Positions 10,227 to 22,825 of a stretch of DNA of 64,000 nucleotides are shown in pieces. Position 1 is the stretch's first letter. Every line of letters begins with the position of its first letter. The notes beneath the pieces are model-generated. The model was not told where the DNA came from and searched no databases. It saw only the letters and a program-made list of their open reading frames with translations. This stretch comes from an uncultured Alphaproteobacteria bacterium (GTDB lineage: Bacteria; Pseudomonadota; Alphaproteobacteria; Rhodobacterales; Rhodobacteraceae): assembly GCA_963697935.1 (NCBI GenBank), contig OY969107.1, forward strand, positions 2,542,415 to 2,606,414. The letters are read 5' to 3'. Both the position numbers and the translations under genes were made by a program.

Positions 10227-11723
10227 CTAGTCGCGCGCCAGCAACACCACGCCATCGGCAGCCACCGTCTGCGAGGTCGTGGTGCCATCGGGCCATTGCA
10301 CCTCGACCACCGCCTCGGTCGCGGCACCCAGGCCGAAATGCAGCGGCAGGGCCTGCCCGCCCGCATGGCCGCCGCCCACCAGCATCTGCTGGTCCTGGCG
10401 GACGCCTCCGGCCGTGACCGTCACCACCGCGCCGATGGCGTTGCGGTTGCCGCCGGGCTGGCGCAGCGCCACGCCCAGCCAGTGGCCGGTGTTTTCGGTC
10501 ACGTTGCGGTAAAGCTCCATCGGCGCGCGGCGGTTGACCACCACCAGATCAAGACGCCCGTCGCCGTCGAAATCCGCCAGGGCCGCGCCGCGCGACCGCG
10601 CGGTGGTGGCGACGCCGGCTTCCAGCGCGGTTTCGACAAAGGTGCCGTCGGGCTGCTGCATCAAGAGGTTGTTGGGGTCGTGGATGGCGTTGGAGGGCAT
10701 CTGGTCGACATTGCCCTTGGCGATGAACAGGTCGGCGCGGCCATCGTTGTCGATATCCGCGAACTGGGCGTGCCAGCCGGTCGAGGGGCGGCCGTCATCG
10801 CCGAAATAGGGGCGCTGCGAATAGGTGCCGATGCCGTAAGGCGCGGCGGCATAGGTGCCGTCGCTCCGGGCCAGCTGCAACAGCTGGTCGCCCATCGATG
10901 TCAGCATCACCTCGTCGCGCCCGTCGCCGTCGAGGTCGCGGCTGGCGATGCCCATGCCCCAGAGCGAGACATGCTTCCAGCCGTCGGCCTCGTCGAGAAA
11001 GCGCCGCTGGCCGATATCCCACATCTGTTCGTAGCCGCCGCGCACGTAATAGTGCCGGTCATTGGAGATGCGCAAGGTCGGCAGGCCGCGCGCGTCACGC
11101 GCCGCCAGCATCGAAAGCGCGCAAAAGCCCGGCTCCAGCGGCTCGGACCGCCAGCCCCCGTCCTGCGGCCAGAGCAGGGTGTTGCCGTCGCAGGCCTCGA
11201 AGGGGCCATCGGGATTGGCGCGGTCGACGTAGTGGCCGACGGCCATGACCGGGCGCTCGTCATCGCTCCCACCAGGCGGTGAAGGCGGTGGTCCAGCGGT
11301 CATCGGTGGGAATGCCGAGATCGGCGGTCGCGTCGGCAAAGCTGCAATCGGGGCCGCCGTGCAGCACCATGTCGGGGCCGACCCGCAGCACGTAGAGGTC
11401 CATGGTGCCGTCGCGCGTCGAGGTCGAGCGGATAGGCGCCGGTCGACGCCGGTGATCCCGGGCAGCGCGCCGGGCTCGAAGCGGAACCCGCCGCGGTTGC
11501 GCAGCAGCAGTGCGGGCGTCGTGCCGCCGGCGGCGAAGATCTCGGGCAGCTGGTCGCCGTCGCAGTCGAACACCGCCACGCCGCCGCCGACGAAATGCTC
11601 CCAGTCGCCGGAATAGATGTGCTCGGGGATATCGCCGGAATGATCCTCGAAGCGGGGCCCCGCCATCGCGCCCGGCGCCAGGCCGGACAGGGCCAGCGCC
11701 ATTGCCAGCAGATAACGTGTCAT
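10227..11723 (-). CDS. FG-GAP/VCBS repeat protein of the CRTAC1 / ASPIC-UnbV family, secreted; two compensating apparent frameshifts
   Basis: Signal peptide MTRYLLAMALALSGLAPGAMA. FG-GAP-like blocks are present (FDCDGDQLPEIFAAGG, SRDLDGDGRDEVMLTSMG, ADIDNDGRADLFIAKGN, ADFDGDGRLDLVVVN). The UnbV-like tail reads GAVVTVTAGGVRQDQQMLVGGGHAGGQALPLHFGLG. The central segment is readable in the frame of ORF 11260-12996. Confidence 0.75.
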   Translation of the reverse strand: MTRYLLAMALALSGLAPGAMAGPRFEDHSGDIPEHIYSGDWEHFVGGGVAVFDCDGDQLPEIFAAGGTTPALLLRNRGGFRFEPGALPGITGVDRRLSARPRRATAPWTSTCCGSAPTWCCTAAPIAALPTRPPISAFPPMTAGPPPSPPGGSDDERPVMAVGHYVDRANPDGPFEACDGNTLLWPQDGGWRSEPLEPGFCALSMLAARDARGLPTLRISNDRHYYVRGGYEQMWDIGQRRFLDEADGWKHVSLWGMGIASRDLDGDGRDEVMLTSMGDQLLQLARSDGTYAAAPYGIGTYSQRPYFGDDGRPSTGWHAQFADIDNDGRADLFIAKGNVDQMPSNAIHDPNNLLMQQPDGTFVETALEAGVATTARSRGAALADFDGDGRLDLVVVNRRAPMELYRNVTENTGHWLGVALRQPGGNRNAIGAVVTVTAGGVRQDQQMLVGGGHAGGQALPLHFGLGAATEAVVEVQWPDGTTTSQTVAADGVVLLARD

Positions 11724-12996
11724 GACGGTTTTTGCTCCCAGGGCTGCATCGGTGACGGCCGATCAGGGCCAGCGCGGCGGCGCCGCGCGCCCAGACATAG
11801 TCGCCCCAGGCATGGATCTCGATGCGGCAGGGTGACCGGCCGTCGGTCAGGGTCAGGCCGCGCATCTCGGCCAGCACCTCGTCGGCGTAGAGATAGTCGT
11901 AGCGCATCCGTTCGCCCGACAGGATGATCAGTTCGGGGTCGAAGATCTGGATGACATTGGACAGCCCCACCGAAAGATAGCGCCCGGCGCGGCGAAAGAT
12001 GGTGCGCGCCGCCTGATTGCCGGCCTTGGCCTGCCCGAACAGGGTCTCCAGCATCGCATGCGGGCTTTGCAGGTTGCGGGTGTTGCGCCCCAGCGCGGTC
12101 GACGCCTCGCGCGCCAGCGCATAGTCGGCCAGATAGGCCTCAAGGCAGCCGCGCTGGCCGCAGCGGCAGAGCGCCCCGTCCAGATGCACCTTCATGTGGC
12201 CGAGCTCCATGCCCATGCCGCGCGTGCCGCGGAACAGGCGGCTGCCGATCACCATGCCCATGCCGACCCCGTGCTCGATGGTGACCACGGCAAAATCGCT
12301 CATGGCCCGGCCGGCGCCGAACCACAGCTCGGACAGGGTCAGCATGTTGGCGTCGTTGTCGATATGGGCGGTCAGGCCGAAGCGGGCCTCAAAGGCGGCC
12401 TTGAGGGGCGTATCCGCCTCGAGGATCAAGGGCGACCAGGGGATGGTTCCGGCAAAGTTGTCGACGATGCCCGACAGGCCGATGCCCACCGCCGAAACCT
12501 GCGCCAGGCTCATGCCGCTGGCGGCCATCAGCTCGTCGATCAGCTCCGACATCTCGCCCAGCAGCTGCGCCACCGATTTGCGCACCGCGGGCGCGGGCAG
12601 GGTGGCCTCGGCCAGCATGTTGCCGGCGAAATCGGTGAGCACGGCGGTGTGCCTCTCGTCCGAGAGCTTGATGCCGATGACGAACATCTTGCCGGCCACC
12701 ACTTCGAGCGCCACCGGCGGGCGGCCCCGGCCGACATCGCGCGTGACGGTATCGACCTCGCGCAGGAAGCCGGCGCCGATCAGGTCGGCGGTCAGCGAGG
12801 TGACGGTGCCGGCGCTGATGCCAAGCGCGCGGGCCACCTCGGCCCGGGGGGCACGGCCATGGGCGCGGACATATTCAAAGATCTGCTGGCTCAGGCGCTT
12901 GGCGTCCTTGCCCGCCAGCGGCAGAATCGGGCCGCAACCGGCCGGACCCTCGGCCGGGGCGGAATGGGCGGATTCCAACTCGTTAACTTTGGCCAT
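11720..12996 (-). CDS. ROK family transcriptional regulator (likely xylose-operon repressor); 3' end uncertain
   Basis: N-terminal winged-helix region (QQIFEYVRAHGRAPRAEVARALGISAGTVTSLTADLIGAGFL). ROK sugar-kinase fold with the zinc motif GHMKVHLDGALCRCGQRGCLEAY. It is transcribed divergently from xylF. Confidence 0.85.
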
Positions 12997-13039
12997 CGAA
13001 GTTTTTCTGCGGGCGCGAAGGGAATTTCTTGCATCGTGC

Positions 13040-13064
13040 CCAATAATTGGCCGTCTGACCAGAC
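13040..13064. promoter_or_regulatory. two adjacent short palindromes in the ROK-regulator/xylF divergent promoter region (candidate operator)
   Basis: CCAAT-A-ATTGG at 13040-13050 and GTCTG-AC-CAGAC at 13053-13064. A TTGACA -35-like hexamer lies at 13104-13109. No consensus is known to me for comparison. Confidence 0.25.
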
Positions 13065-13198
13065 AAATCTGCGGGTATTTCGCTGGAACGCCAACTTTTT
13101 ATTTTGACAATCGAACTAAAACTGGCAATCTGCACCGTAGCGGGCTGACTCGCCCGTCGCCCCCGCATCTGCGGGGCGCACCTTTTGGGAGGACTACA

Positions 13199-14227
13199 AT
13201 GAACAAGGCAATTCTTGCTGCCGTCGTAGCGGCGGCCGGCTTTACCAATGCTGCCTGGGCCGAGGGCCTGATCATCGGCGTCAGCTGGTCGAACTTTCAG
13301 GAAGAGCGCTGGAAGACCGACGAAGCCGCGATGATCGCAGCCATCGAAGCCAACGGCGACACCTATGTCTCCGCCGACGCGCAGAACTCGGCCGCCAAGC
13401 AGCTGACCGACGTGGAAGCGCTGATCGCGCAAGGCGCCAACGCGCTGATCATCCTGTCGGTCGACAAGGACGCGATCGGTCCGGCGGTTGACGCCGCCGC
13501 CGCCGAAGGCATTCCGGTGGTCGGCTATGACCGCCTGATCGAGGACAACCGCGCCTTCTACCTGACCTTTGACAACAAGGGCGTGGGCCGGATCATCGCG
13601 CAGACCGTGCATGGAAGCGCAGCCCGAGGGCAATTACGCCATCATCAAGGGCGACAAGGGCGACCCGAACGCGGCATTCCTGCTGCGAAGGCATGATGGA
13701 AGTCATCGGCGACGCCGTCGACTTCGGGCGCCATCACCATCGTCGGCGAGACCTTCACCGATGGCTGGAAGCCGGACAATGCCCAGAAGAACATGGAGCA
13801 GATCCTGACCGCCAACAACAACGACGTCGACGCCGTTCTTTCCGAGAACGACGGCATGGCCGGTGGCGTGATTGCCGCGCTGCAAGCCCAGGGCCTGCTG
13901 ATCCCGGTCGGCGGCCAGGACGGCGACCTTGCCGCGCTGAACCGCGTTGCCCGTGGCACGCAGACCGTCTCGGTCTGGAAGGACGCGCGCGCAGCTCGGC
14001 GCCGCAGCCGGCAACATCGCGGCGGCGCTGGCCGCCGGCACCGCGATGGACGCGATCGAAGGTGCGGTGAAGTGGTCCGGCGGTGCGAATGGCGTTGAGA
14101 TGAACGCCATCTTCCTCGCCCCGACCCCGATCACCTCGGCAACCTCAACGTCGTGATCGACGCGGGCCATATCTCGAAAGAGGAAGCCTGCGAAGGCGCG
14201 ATGCCGGAAGTGGCCGCCTGCATGTAA
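13199..14227 (+). CDS. xylF: D-xylose ABC transporter substrate-binding protein, apparent frameshifts
   Basis: [53 protein letters not shown]...[27 protein letters not shown]. Later fragments read [17 protein letters not shown] and [27 protein letters not shown]. An RBS (ggagg) precedes the ATG. The xyl operon context supports the call. Confidence 0.88.
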
Positions 14228-14383
14228 GGCACCTTGCCGGCGCCCGGGCAAACCGGGCGCCGGCCCCCTTGCTGGGTTCCAGCAAGAGCGGCACGCGCGG
14301 GGCCGGACGATATCCGGCCACAGCCGCCCGACAGTGCCGGGCTGCGCGACGCCGACCCTTCAGCTCCTGCCCATGGATCAGAC

Positions 14384-15712
14384 ATGACCGATACAGCCAC
14401 CCCAAAGACGACTGCCGCCAAAGGTCGCCGCGAAGGGCGCATCGCGCAATTCCTGCACGCCACCGAGATCGACACCCGCCTGCTGGGCATGATCGGCGCC
14501 CTGCTGCTGATCTGGGTCGGATTTCACTTCTTCGGTCTTTACAAGAACGGGTTCGGGGCCTTCCTGACCCCGCGCAACCTGTGGAACCTGTCGGTCCAGA
14601 CCTCGTCCATCGGCATCATGGCCACCGGCATGGTGCTGGTCATCGTCACCCGCAACATCGACCTGTCGGTCGGCTCGATCCTGGGGTTCTGCGCCATCCT
14701 GATGGGGGTGCTGCAGGTCAAGATCCTGCCGCAATATCTGGGCATCGGCCATCCGGCCATCTGGATGCTGGCGGTTCTGGCCGGCATCATCGTCGGATCG
14801 CTGATCGGCGGCGTTTCAGGGCGTGCTGATCGCCTATCGGCAAGATCCCGGCCTTCATCGTCACGCTGGGCGGCCTGCTGGTCTGGCGCGGCGCCGCCTT
14901 TCTGGTGGCGCGCGGCGAGACCATCTCGCCGGTCGACTCGACCTTCGCGCTGTTGGGCGGCGGGCCATACGGGGCGGTCGGCTCGACCGGCAGCTGGATC
15001 GTCGGGCTGATCGCCTGTGCGGCGATCATCTATTTCGTGATGCTCCGGCCGCGCCCGGCGCCAGCGCTTCGGCTTCCACGTGCGCCCGATCTGGGCCGAA
15101 TACGTGATGGGTGCGCTGGCCTGCGGCATCGTCATCGGCGCGGTGCTGCTGGTGAACGCCTATCCCTGGCCGATCGGGATCGTGCGGCAATATGCCGAGG
15201 CCAACAACATCGTGCTGCCCGAGGGCGGGCTGTTCATCAGCCACGGCTTTGCCATCCCGGTCCTGATCCTGGTCGGCGTCGGCCTGGCGATGACGGTGCT
15301 GATGACCCGCACGCGGTTCGGGCGCTATGTCTTTGCCATCGGCGGCAACCCCGAGGCGGCCGAGCTTGCCGGCATCAACACCCAGTGGATGACGGTCAAG
15401 ATCTTTGCGCTGATGGGCGGTCTGGCGGGCCTTTCGGCCGTGGTTGCCTCGGCGCGCCTGGACTCGGCCACCAACGCGCTGGGCACGCTGGACGAGCTTT
15501 ACGTCATCGCCGCGGCGGTGATCGGCGGCACCAGCCTCGCCGGTGGCGTCGGCACCATCTACGGCGCCATTCTGGGGGCCTTCGTCATGCAGTCGCTGCA
15601 AACCGGCATGGTGCTGGTGGGCTTCGACGCGGCCATGCAGCAGATCGTCGTCGGCTCGGTCCTGGTCCTGGCCGTCTATCTCGACAACCAGTACCGCGCC
15701 CGCGCGAAGTGA
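14384..15712 (+). CDS. xylH: xylose ABC transporter permease, apparent frameshifts
   Basis: N-terminal fragment: [40 protein letters not shown]-terminal fragment at 15080-15712: [39 protein letters not shown]...[25 protein letters not shown]. Confidence 0.88.
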
Positions 15713-15723
15713 GGGGACAGATC

Positions 15724-16493
15724 ATGACCGACAAGTCAAAGCAAACGCCGCTCGTCGACCTGCGCAACATCTCGATCAGCTTCGGCGGGATCAAGGCCGT
15801 CGATGGCGTGTCGCTCGATCTCTACCCCGGCGAGGTGGTGGGCCTTCTGGGCCATAACGGCGCCGGCAAGTCGACGCTGATCAAGATCCTGTCGGGCGCC
15901 TACGAGGCCGATAGCGGCGAGATCTGGATCAACGGCAAGACGCGCCGATATCCGCAGCCCGCGCGATGCGCGCGACCACAATATCGAGACCATCTACCAG
16001 ACGCTGGCGCTGGCCGATAACCTCGATGCCGCCTCCAACCTGTTTCTGGGGCGCGAACTGGTCAACCGCTGGGGCATGGTCGACGATTCGCGCATGGAGT
16101 CCGAGACGCGCAAGATCATGGCGCGGCTCAACCCCAACTTCAAGAAACTGCAAAGAGCCGGTCAGCGCGCTTTCGGGCGGCCAGCGCCAGTCGGTCGCCA
16201 TTGCCCGCGCCGTCTACTTCAACGCCAGGATCCTGATCATGGACGAGCCGACAGCGGCGCTCGGCGTGCACGAAACCGCCATGGTCGCCGATCTGATCAA
16301 GGAGCTGAAGTCGCAAGGTCTCGGCATCTTCCTCATCAGCCACGACACGCGCGAGATGATGGAGCTGTGCGACCGGGTTTCGGTGATGAAGAACGGGCAG
16401 CTGATCGGCACCGAGAATGTCGCCGACGTGACCGAGGACGATATCCTGTCGATGATCATCCTGGGCAAGAACCCGAGGGCCGAGGTCGCCTGA
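15724..16493 (+). CDS. xylG: sugar (xylose) ABC transporter ATP-binding protein, apparent frameshifts
   Basis: Walker A ([19 protein letters not shown]), signature motif ([15 protein letters not shown]) and Walker B ([12 protein letters not shown]). The single ABC domain is split over three frames. Confidence 0.88.
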
Positions 16494-17969
16494 ATGTATA
16501 TCGGTCTCGATCTGGGAACCTCGGGGCTGAAGGGCCTCGTCATCGACGAAGACCAGACCATCCTCGCCGAGGCCACCGCGCCGCTCGAGGTCGTGCGGCC
16601 CTTTGACGGCTGGTCCGAGCAGGCGCCGGCGAGCTGGCTCGATGCCGCCGACCTGGTGATGCGCGCGCTGGGCGCCAGGGTCGCGCTGGGACATGTGCGC
16701 GCCATCGGCCTGTCGGGGCAGATGCACGGCGCGACGCTGCTCGATGCCGCCGACGAGGTGCTGCGCCCCTGCATCCTGTGGAACGACACCCGCGCGGCCA
16801 GTCGAGGCCGCGGCGCTGGACGCCGACCCGGCGTTCCGCGCGATCACCGGCAACATCGTGTTTCCCGGCTTCACCGCGCCGAAGCTCGCCTGGGTGCAGG
16901 CACACGAGCCCGACGATCTTCGACAAGGTCGCGCAAGGTGCTGCTGCCCAAGGATTATCTGCGGCTCTGGCTGACCGGCGAGGACGTCTCCGAGATGTCG
17001 GACGCGGCCGGCACCACGCTGGCTCGATGTCGGCGCGCGCGACTGGTCCGACGAGCTGCTGGCCGCGACCGGGCATGCGGCCGCGACCAGATGCCGCGGC
17101 TGGTCGAGGGCATCGCAGGTGTCGGGCACGCTGCGCGCCGAACTTGGCGCGCGCTGGGGCCTGCCGCAGCGGCGTGGTCGTGGCCGGCGGCGGCGGCGAC
17201 AATGCGGCCTCGGCCGTCGGCGTCGGCGTGCGTCGACGACGGGCGACGGCTTCGTCTCGCTCGGCACGTCGGGCGTGCTGTTCGCGGCCAACGGACGCCT
17301 ATCAGCCCGATGCCCGGCGAAGCGCGGTGCACACCTTCTGCCATGCGCTGCCCGATACCTGGCACCAGATGGGCGTGATCCTGTCGGCGACCGATGCGCT
17401 GAACTGGTTTGCGGGCATCGACCGGCAAGAGCCGGCCGAGCCTGACCGGCGGCGCTGGGCGACGCGTTGCAGGCGCCGGGCCGCATCCTGTTCCTGCCCT
17501 ATCTGTCGCGGCGAGCGGACGCCGCACAACGATGCCGCGATCCGCGGCGCCTTCGCCGGCCTCGGACCACGGCGCCGGCCGCGAGGCGCTGACCCACGCG
17601 GTGCTCGAAGGCGTGACCTTCGCGCTCGCGCGACAGCCTCGACGCGCTGAAGGCCGACCGGCACCGAGCTCGACGCGGCTGCATCGCGCATCGGCGGCGG
17701 CTCGAGATCGGACTACTGGGTCGAGGCGATCGCCACCGCGCTCGGCCTGCCGGTCGACCTGCCCGGCGACGGGCGATTTCGGCGCGCGCCTTCGGCGCGG
17801 CGCGGCTCGGCCTGATGGCCGCGACCGGCGCCGGCCCGGCGCAGGTCATGACCCGCGCCCGCGATCGCCCGGACCATCGACCCGCGTCGCCGACCTCGCC
17901 GGCGCCTTTGCCGACGCCTACGCGCGCTACCGCGCGCTCTATCCGGCCCTCAAGGAGCTACTGACATGA
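16494..17969 (+). CDS. xylB: xylulokinase, multiple apparent frameshifts
   Basis: [27 protein letters not shown]...[12 protein letters not shown]...[31 protein letters not shown]. The C-terminal fragment reads [20 protein letters not shown]. It lies between xylG and xylA. Confidence 0.88.
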
Positions 17970-19288
17970 GCACCGGACTTCTTCAACGGCATCGCCACGA
18001 TCCGCTACGAAGGCCCCGACAGCGACCAATCCGACTTCGCCTTCCGCCACTACAACCCCGACGAGGTCGTCATGGGCAAGCGGCATGGAAGACCATCTGC
18101 GCTTTGCCGTCGCCTACTGGCACTCCTTCGCCTGGCCGGGCGGCGACCCGTTCGGCGGCCAGACCTTCGAGCGGCCCTGGTTCGGCGACACGATGGAGCT
18201 GGCGCAAGCTGAAGGCCGATGTCGCCTTCGAGATGTTCCCGATCCTCGGCGTGCCGTATCTACTGCTTCCACGATGCCGACGTGCGCCCCGAGGGCGGCA
18301 GTTTCGCCGAGAACACCGCGCGCCTGGACGAGATCGTCGACTATCTTCGCCGACAAGCATGGAGGCGACCGGCGTCAAGCTGCTCTGGGGCACCGCCAAC
18401 CTGTTCACCCACCGCCGCTTCATGGCCGGGCGCCGCGACCAACCCCGACCCGGACGTGTTCGCCTATTCGGCCGCGACCATCAAGACCTGCATGGACGCC
18501 ACCAAGAAGCTGGGCGGCGAGAACTACGTGCTGTGGGGCGGGCGCGAGGGCTACGAGACGCTGCTCAACACCGATCTGGGGCGCGAGCGGCGAGCAGGCT
18601 GGGCCGCATGCTGCAGATGGTCGTCGACTACAAGCACAAGATCGGCTTCAAGGGCACGATCCTGATCGAGCCGAAGCCGCAGGAGCCGACCAAGCACCAG
18701 TACGATTACGACGTCGCCACGGTCTACGGCTTCCTCAAGGACTTCGGGCTGGAGGACGAGGTGCAAGGTGAACATCGAGCAGGGCCACGCGATTCTGGCC
18801 GGCCACACGCTTCGAGCATGAACTGGCGCTGGCGCGCGCGCTCGGCATCTTCGGCTCGATCGACATGAACCGCAACGACTACCAGTCGGGCTGGGATACC
18901 GACCAGTTCCCCAACAACGTGCCGGAGATGGCGCTGGCCTATTACGAGGTGCTGCAGCGCCGGCGGCTTCACCACCGGCGGCACCAATTTCGACGCCAAG
19001 CTGCGCCGCCAGTCGCTCGATCCGGAGGACCTGATCCTCGCCCATGTCGGCGGCATGGATGCCTGCGCCGCGGGCCTGAAGGCCGCCGCGCGCGATGCTG
19101 GAGGACGGCAAGCTGGAAGCCGCCCGCGCCGAGCGCTACGCCGGCTGGGACACGGCCGCGCGGCAAGGCGCTGCTGGCCATCGGACCTCGCCGCGATCGC
19201 CGCGATGGTCGAGACGGAGGGGATCAACCCCGAGCCGCGCTCGGGCCGGCAGGAGCGGCTGGAAAACCTGGTCAACCGCTACCTCTGA
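17966..19288 (+). CDS. xylA: xylose isomerase, multiple apparent frameshifts
   Basis: Fragments [115 protein letters not shown] and [10 protein letters not shown]. Confidence 0.92.
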
Positions 19289-19314
19289 GCGGGGCCGGGC
19301 CTGCCGACACCCTG

Positions 19315-19334
19315 GGGGCGCCTGCGGGCGCCCC
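19315..19334 (+). terminator. GC hairpin downstream of xylA (weak intrinsic terminator candidate)
   Basis: ggggcgcc-tgcg-ggcgcccc forms an 8-bp stem. No clear U-tract follows. Confidence 0.35.
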
Positions 19335-19412
19335 TGTCCTGCCAGGCGGTTGTCTTTTGCCCGCCAAAGCGCCAGATAGCCTTGCCCGCACCAGCCAGAC
19401 AGGGGAGGGGCG

Positions 19413-20414
<1,002 letters not shown>

Positions 20415-20480
20415 GCCCTGCGGGCGGGGCGGCTGTGAGCATCGACGCCGGTGCAGGCGCGCCGCGACAGGAGGACGACC

Positions 20481-21319
20481 ATGCCCGACATCGACGCTGA
20501 CCTGCCGATGGCGCGCGATGCTGCTGGTGATCGGCGCCTTTGCCGGGGTGCTGGCCGGGCTGCTGGGGGTCGGCGGCGGCATCGTGCTGGTGCCCGTCGT
20601 TCTTCTACGCCTTCCAGACGCTTGGCTATGACAGCCCGCAGCTGATGCAGATCTGCCTGGCCACGTCGCTGGCGACGATCATCGTGACCTCGGTGCGCTC
20701 GGTGCTCGGCGCATCAACCGCAAGGGCGCGGTCGACTGGGACATCCTGCGCGGCTGGGCGCCGGGGATCGCGATCGGCGCGCTGATCGGGGTGCTGGTGG
20801 CCTCGTCGCTGCGCTCGACCACGCTGCAGGCGATCTTCGGCGGTGCTGGCGCTGGCTGGTCGGGCTCTACATGGCGTTTGGGCGCGCCGCACTGGCGGCT
20901 GGGCGCGGCGATGCCGAGGGGCTGGCGCGGGCTGCCTGATCTCGCCGGTGGTCGGGTTCCTGTCGGTGCTGATGGGGATCGGCGGCGGCTCGTTCGGGGT
21001 GCCGACTGATGACGCCTGTTACGGCGTGCCGATCCACCGCGCGGTGGCGACGGCGGCGGGCTTCGGCATGCATCATCGCGGTGCCCTCGGTGATCGGGCT
21101 TCCTGCTGGTGCAGATGACGCCGAGGCGCGCGCCGCCCTTGACGATCGGCGCGGTCAACCTGGTGGCCTTCGTGCATCGTCATCGCATGACGCTGCTCAC
21201 CGCGCCCTTGGGCGTGGCGCTGGCGCATCGCGACGGATCCGAGCCGCTCAAGCGGATCTTCGGCGGTGTTCCTGACCCTGGTGGCGCTGAACATGCTGCG
21301 CAAGGCGCTGGGCTGGTGA
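20481..21319 (+). CDS. TauE/SafE (DUF81) family anion exporter-type membrane protein, apparent frameshifts
   Basis: Fragments LLVIGAFAGVLAGLLGVGGGIVLVP, FYAFQTLGYDSPQLMQICLATSLATIIVTSVRSV and VGFLSVLMGIGGGSFGVP. The duplicated GxGGG membrane motifs are typical of the family. An RBS (aggagga) precedes the ATG at 20481. Confidence 0.7.
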
Positions 21320-22088
21320 GCGGCGATCTGGACCGGCTCGGCCATGCGCTGATCGGCGCCGGACCCAGCGATCGCGGCCTGGGCCAGGGCGGCGCTCGCC
21401 GGCGGCGAAGGCGGTGCGCGGCAGACCGATGCGGCGCGCTGGCTGCGCCATGGCGGCACCTGGTTCGTCGGCGTCGATGCGCTGCCCAATGCCGATGACG
21501 GCGCGCATCGGCGGCGTGGCGCTGCCGGCCCCTGGGAGGCGCTGCGGCTGCCGCCGATGCAGCTGCACCGCGCGCAGCTGTCGGTGGTCTATCCCGGCTA
21601 TCCGCGGCCGCGACGAAGGCGAAAGCGACGCCGCCTATCGCTTTCCGGCGCGACGCGTGACGCGGCCCATCTGGACGGGCTGCTTGCCGATCGGGCCGGA
21701 CAGGCGGCGCATTCTGCGCGAGCCGCATGGCTGGATTCTGGGCCTGCCGCTGACCGCCACCGAGGCGCAGCCCGCTGGTGGTCTGGGAGGGCAGCCACGA
21801 GATCATCCGCGATGCCTTCTGCGCGGCCTTTGCCGGGGTTCCGCCCGCTGACTGGGCCGCCATCGACGTGACCGAGGCCTACAAGGACGCCCGCGACGAG
21901 GTGTTCGACGATCTGCAACCGGGTCGAGCTGCCGATGCGTGCCGGGCCAGGCGGTGCTGCTGCACCGGATGCTGATCCACGGCGTCGCCCCGTGGAAGCC
22001 GGGCGCCAAGGCGCCGCCCGAGGGCCGGATGGTGGCCTATTTCCGCCCGGTGCTGCGCGACAGTGCGCGACTGGCTGCGGCTCGACTG
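21316..22088 (+). CDS. conserved hypothetical protein of unknown function, apparent frameshifts
   Basis: Protein-like fragments share one direction: WFVGVDALPNADDG, VVWEGSHEIIRDAFCAAFAGVPPADWAAIDVTEAYKDARDEVF and GQAVLLHRMLIHGVAPWKPGAKAPPEGRMVAYFRPVLR. I do not recognise a named family with confidence. Confidence 0.45.
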
Positions 22089-22343
22089 AGCCCTGCGGCG
22101 GCAGCCGCGCGGCGCCGGCCGCCGCGGCGCTTTTGCGAGGCCGCCCGCGCCGGCTCGGCAGCTCGTCCATGATGTCGCGGCGTTCCTGCGGGCTCATGCG
22201 GGACCAGGCCGCCGATCTCGTCGATGCTGCGCAGGCAGCCGATGCAGATGCGCTCGACTCGGGTGGATCACGCAGATCTTGACGCAGGGGCTCTCGATCT
22301 CGTCGCGCTTCCAGATCGCGTCGCTGTCAGTGGGGTCCGCCAT
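22089..22343 (-). CDS. DUF1289 domain protein (small Cys-rich Fe-S-type protein); apparent frameshift, 3' end uncertain
   Basis: MADPTDSDAIWKRDEIESPCVKICVI... then ...MSPQERRDIMDELPSRR, typical of DUF1289. The ATG at 22343 abuts the ruvX stop (TGAATG). Confidence 0.6.
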
Positions 22344-22825
22344 TCAGCCGCTCCTCAGATGTGCCAACCGGTCCAGCATGCCTTGCAGGATATAGCCGGC
22401 GGCCACGTGGTCGATCACCTCGGCGCGACGTTTGCGAGACGTATCCGCCTCCAGCAGCGCCCGTTCGGCGGCGACGGTCGATAGCCGTCTCGTCCCAGAA
22501 GGCGATCGGCAGGGGCGTCAGCCGTTCGAGATTGCGGGCAAAGGCGCGGGTCGACTGGCAGCGCGCGGCCTTCGGAGCCGTCCATGTTCAGCGGCAGGCC
22601 GAGCACGATGCCGCCGCAGATCGCGCCGCGGCGACGATCTCCAGCAGGCGGGCGGCGTCGAGCGGTGAACTTGCTCGCGCCGGATGGTTTCCAGCGGGGT
22701 GGCGACGCCGAGCAGCAGGTCCGAGACCGCGACGCCGATGGTCTCGTCGCCCAGGTCGAGCCCGGCAATGGCGCCGGTGCCGGCGGCAGGGCGGCGGCGA
22801 AGTCTTCGGGCGTGGCGCAGATCAT
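22344..22825 (-). CDS. ruvX: Holliday junction resolvase-like RNase H-fold protein RuvX/YqgF, apparent frameshifts
   Basis: Fragments [46 protein letters not shown] and a tail ending ...AHLRSG. The ATG overlaps the ccmI stop (ATGA). Confidence 0.8.
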
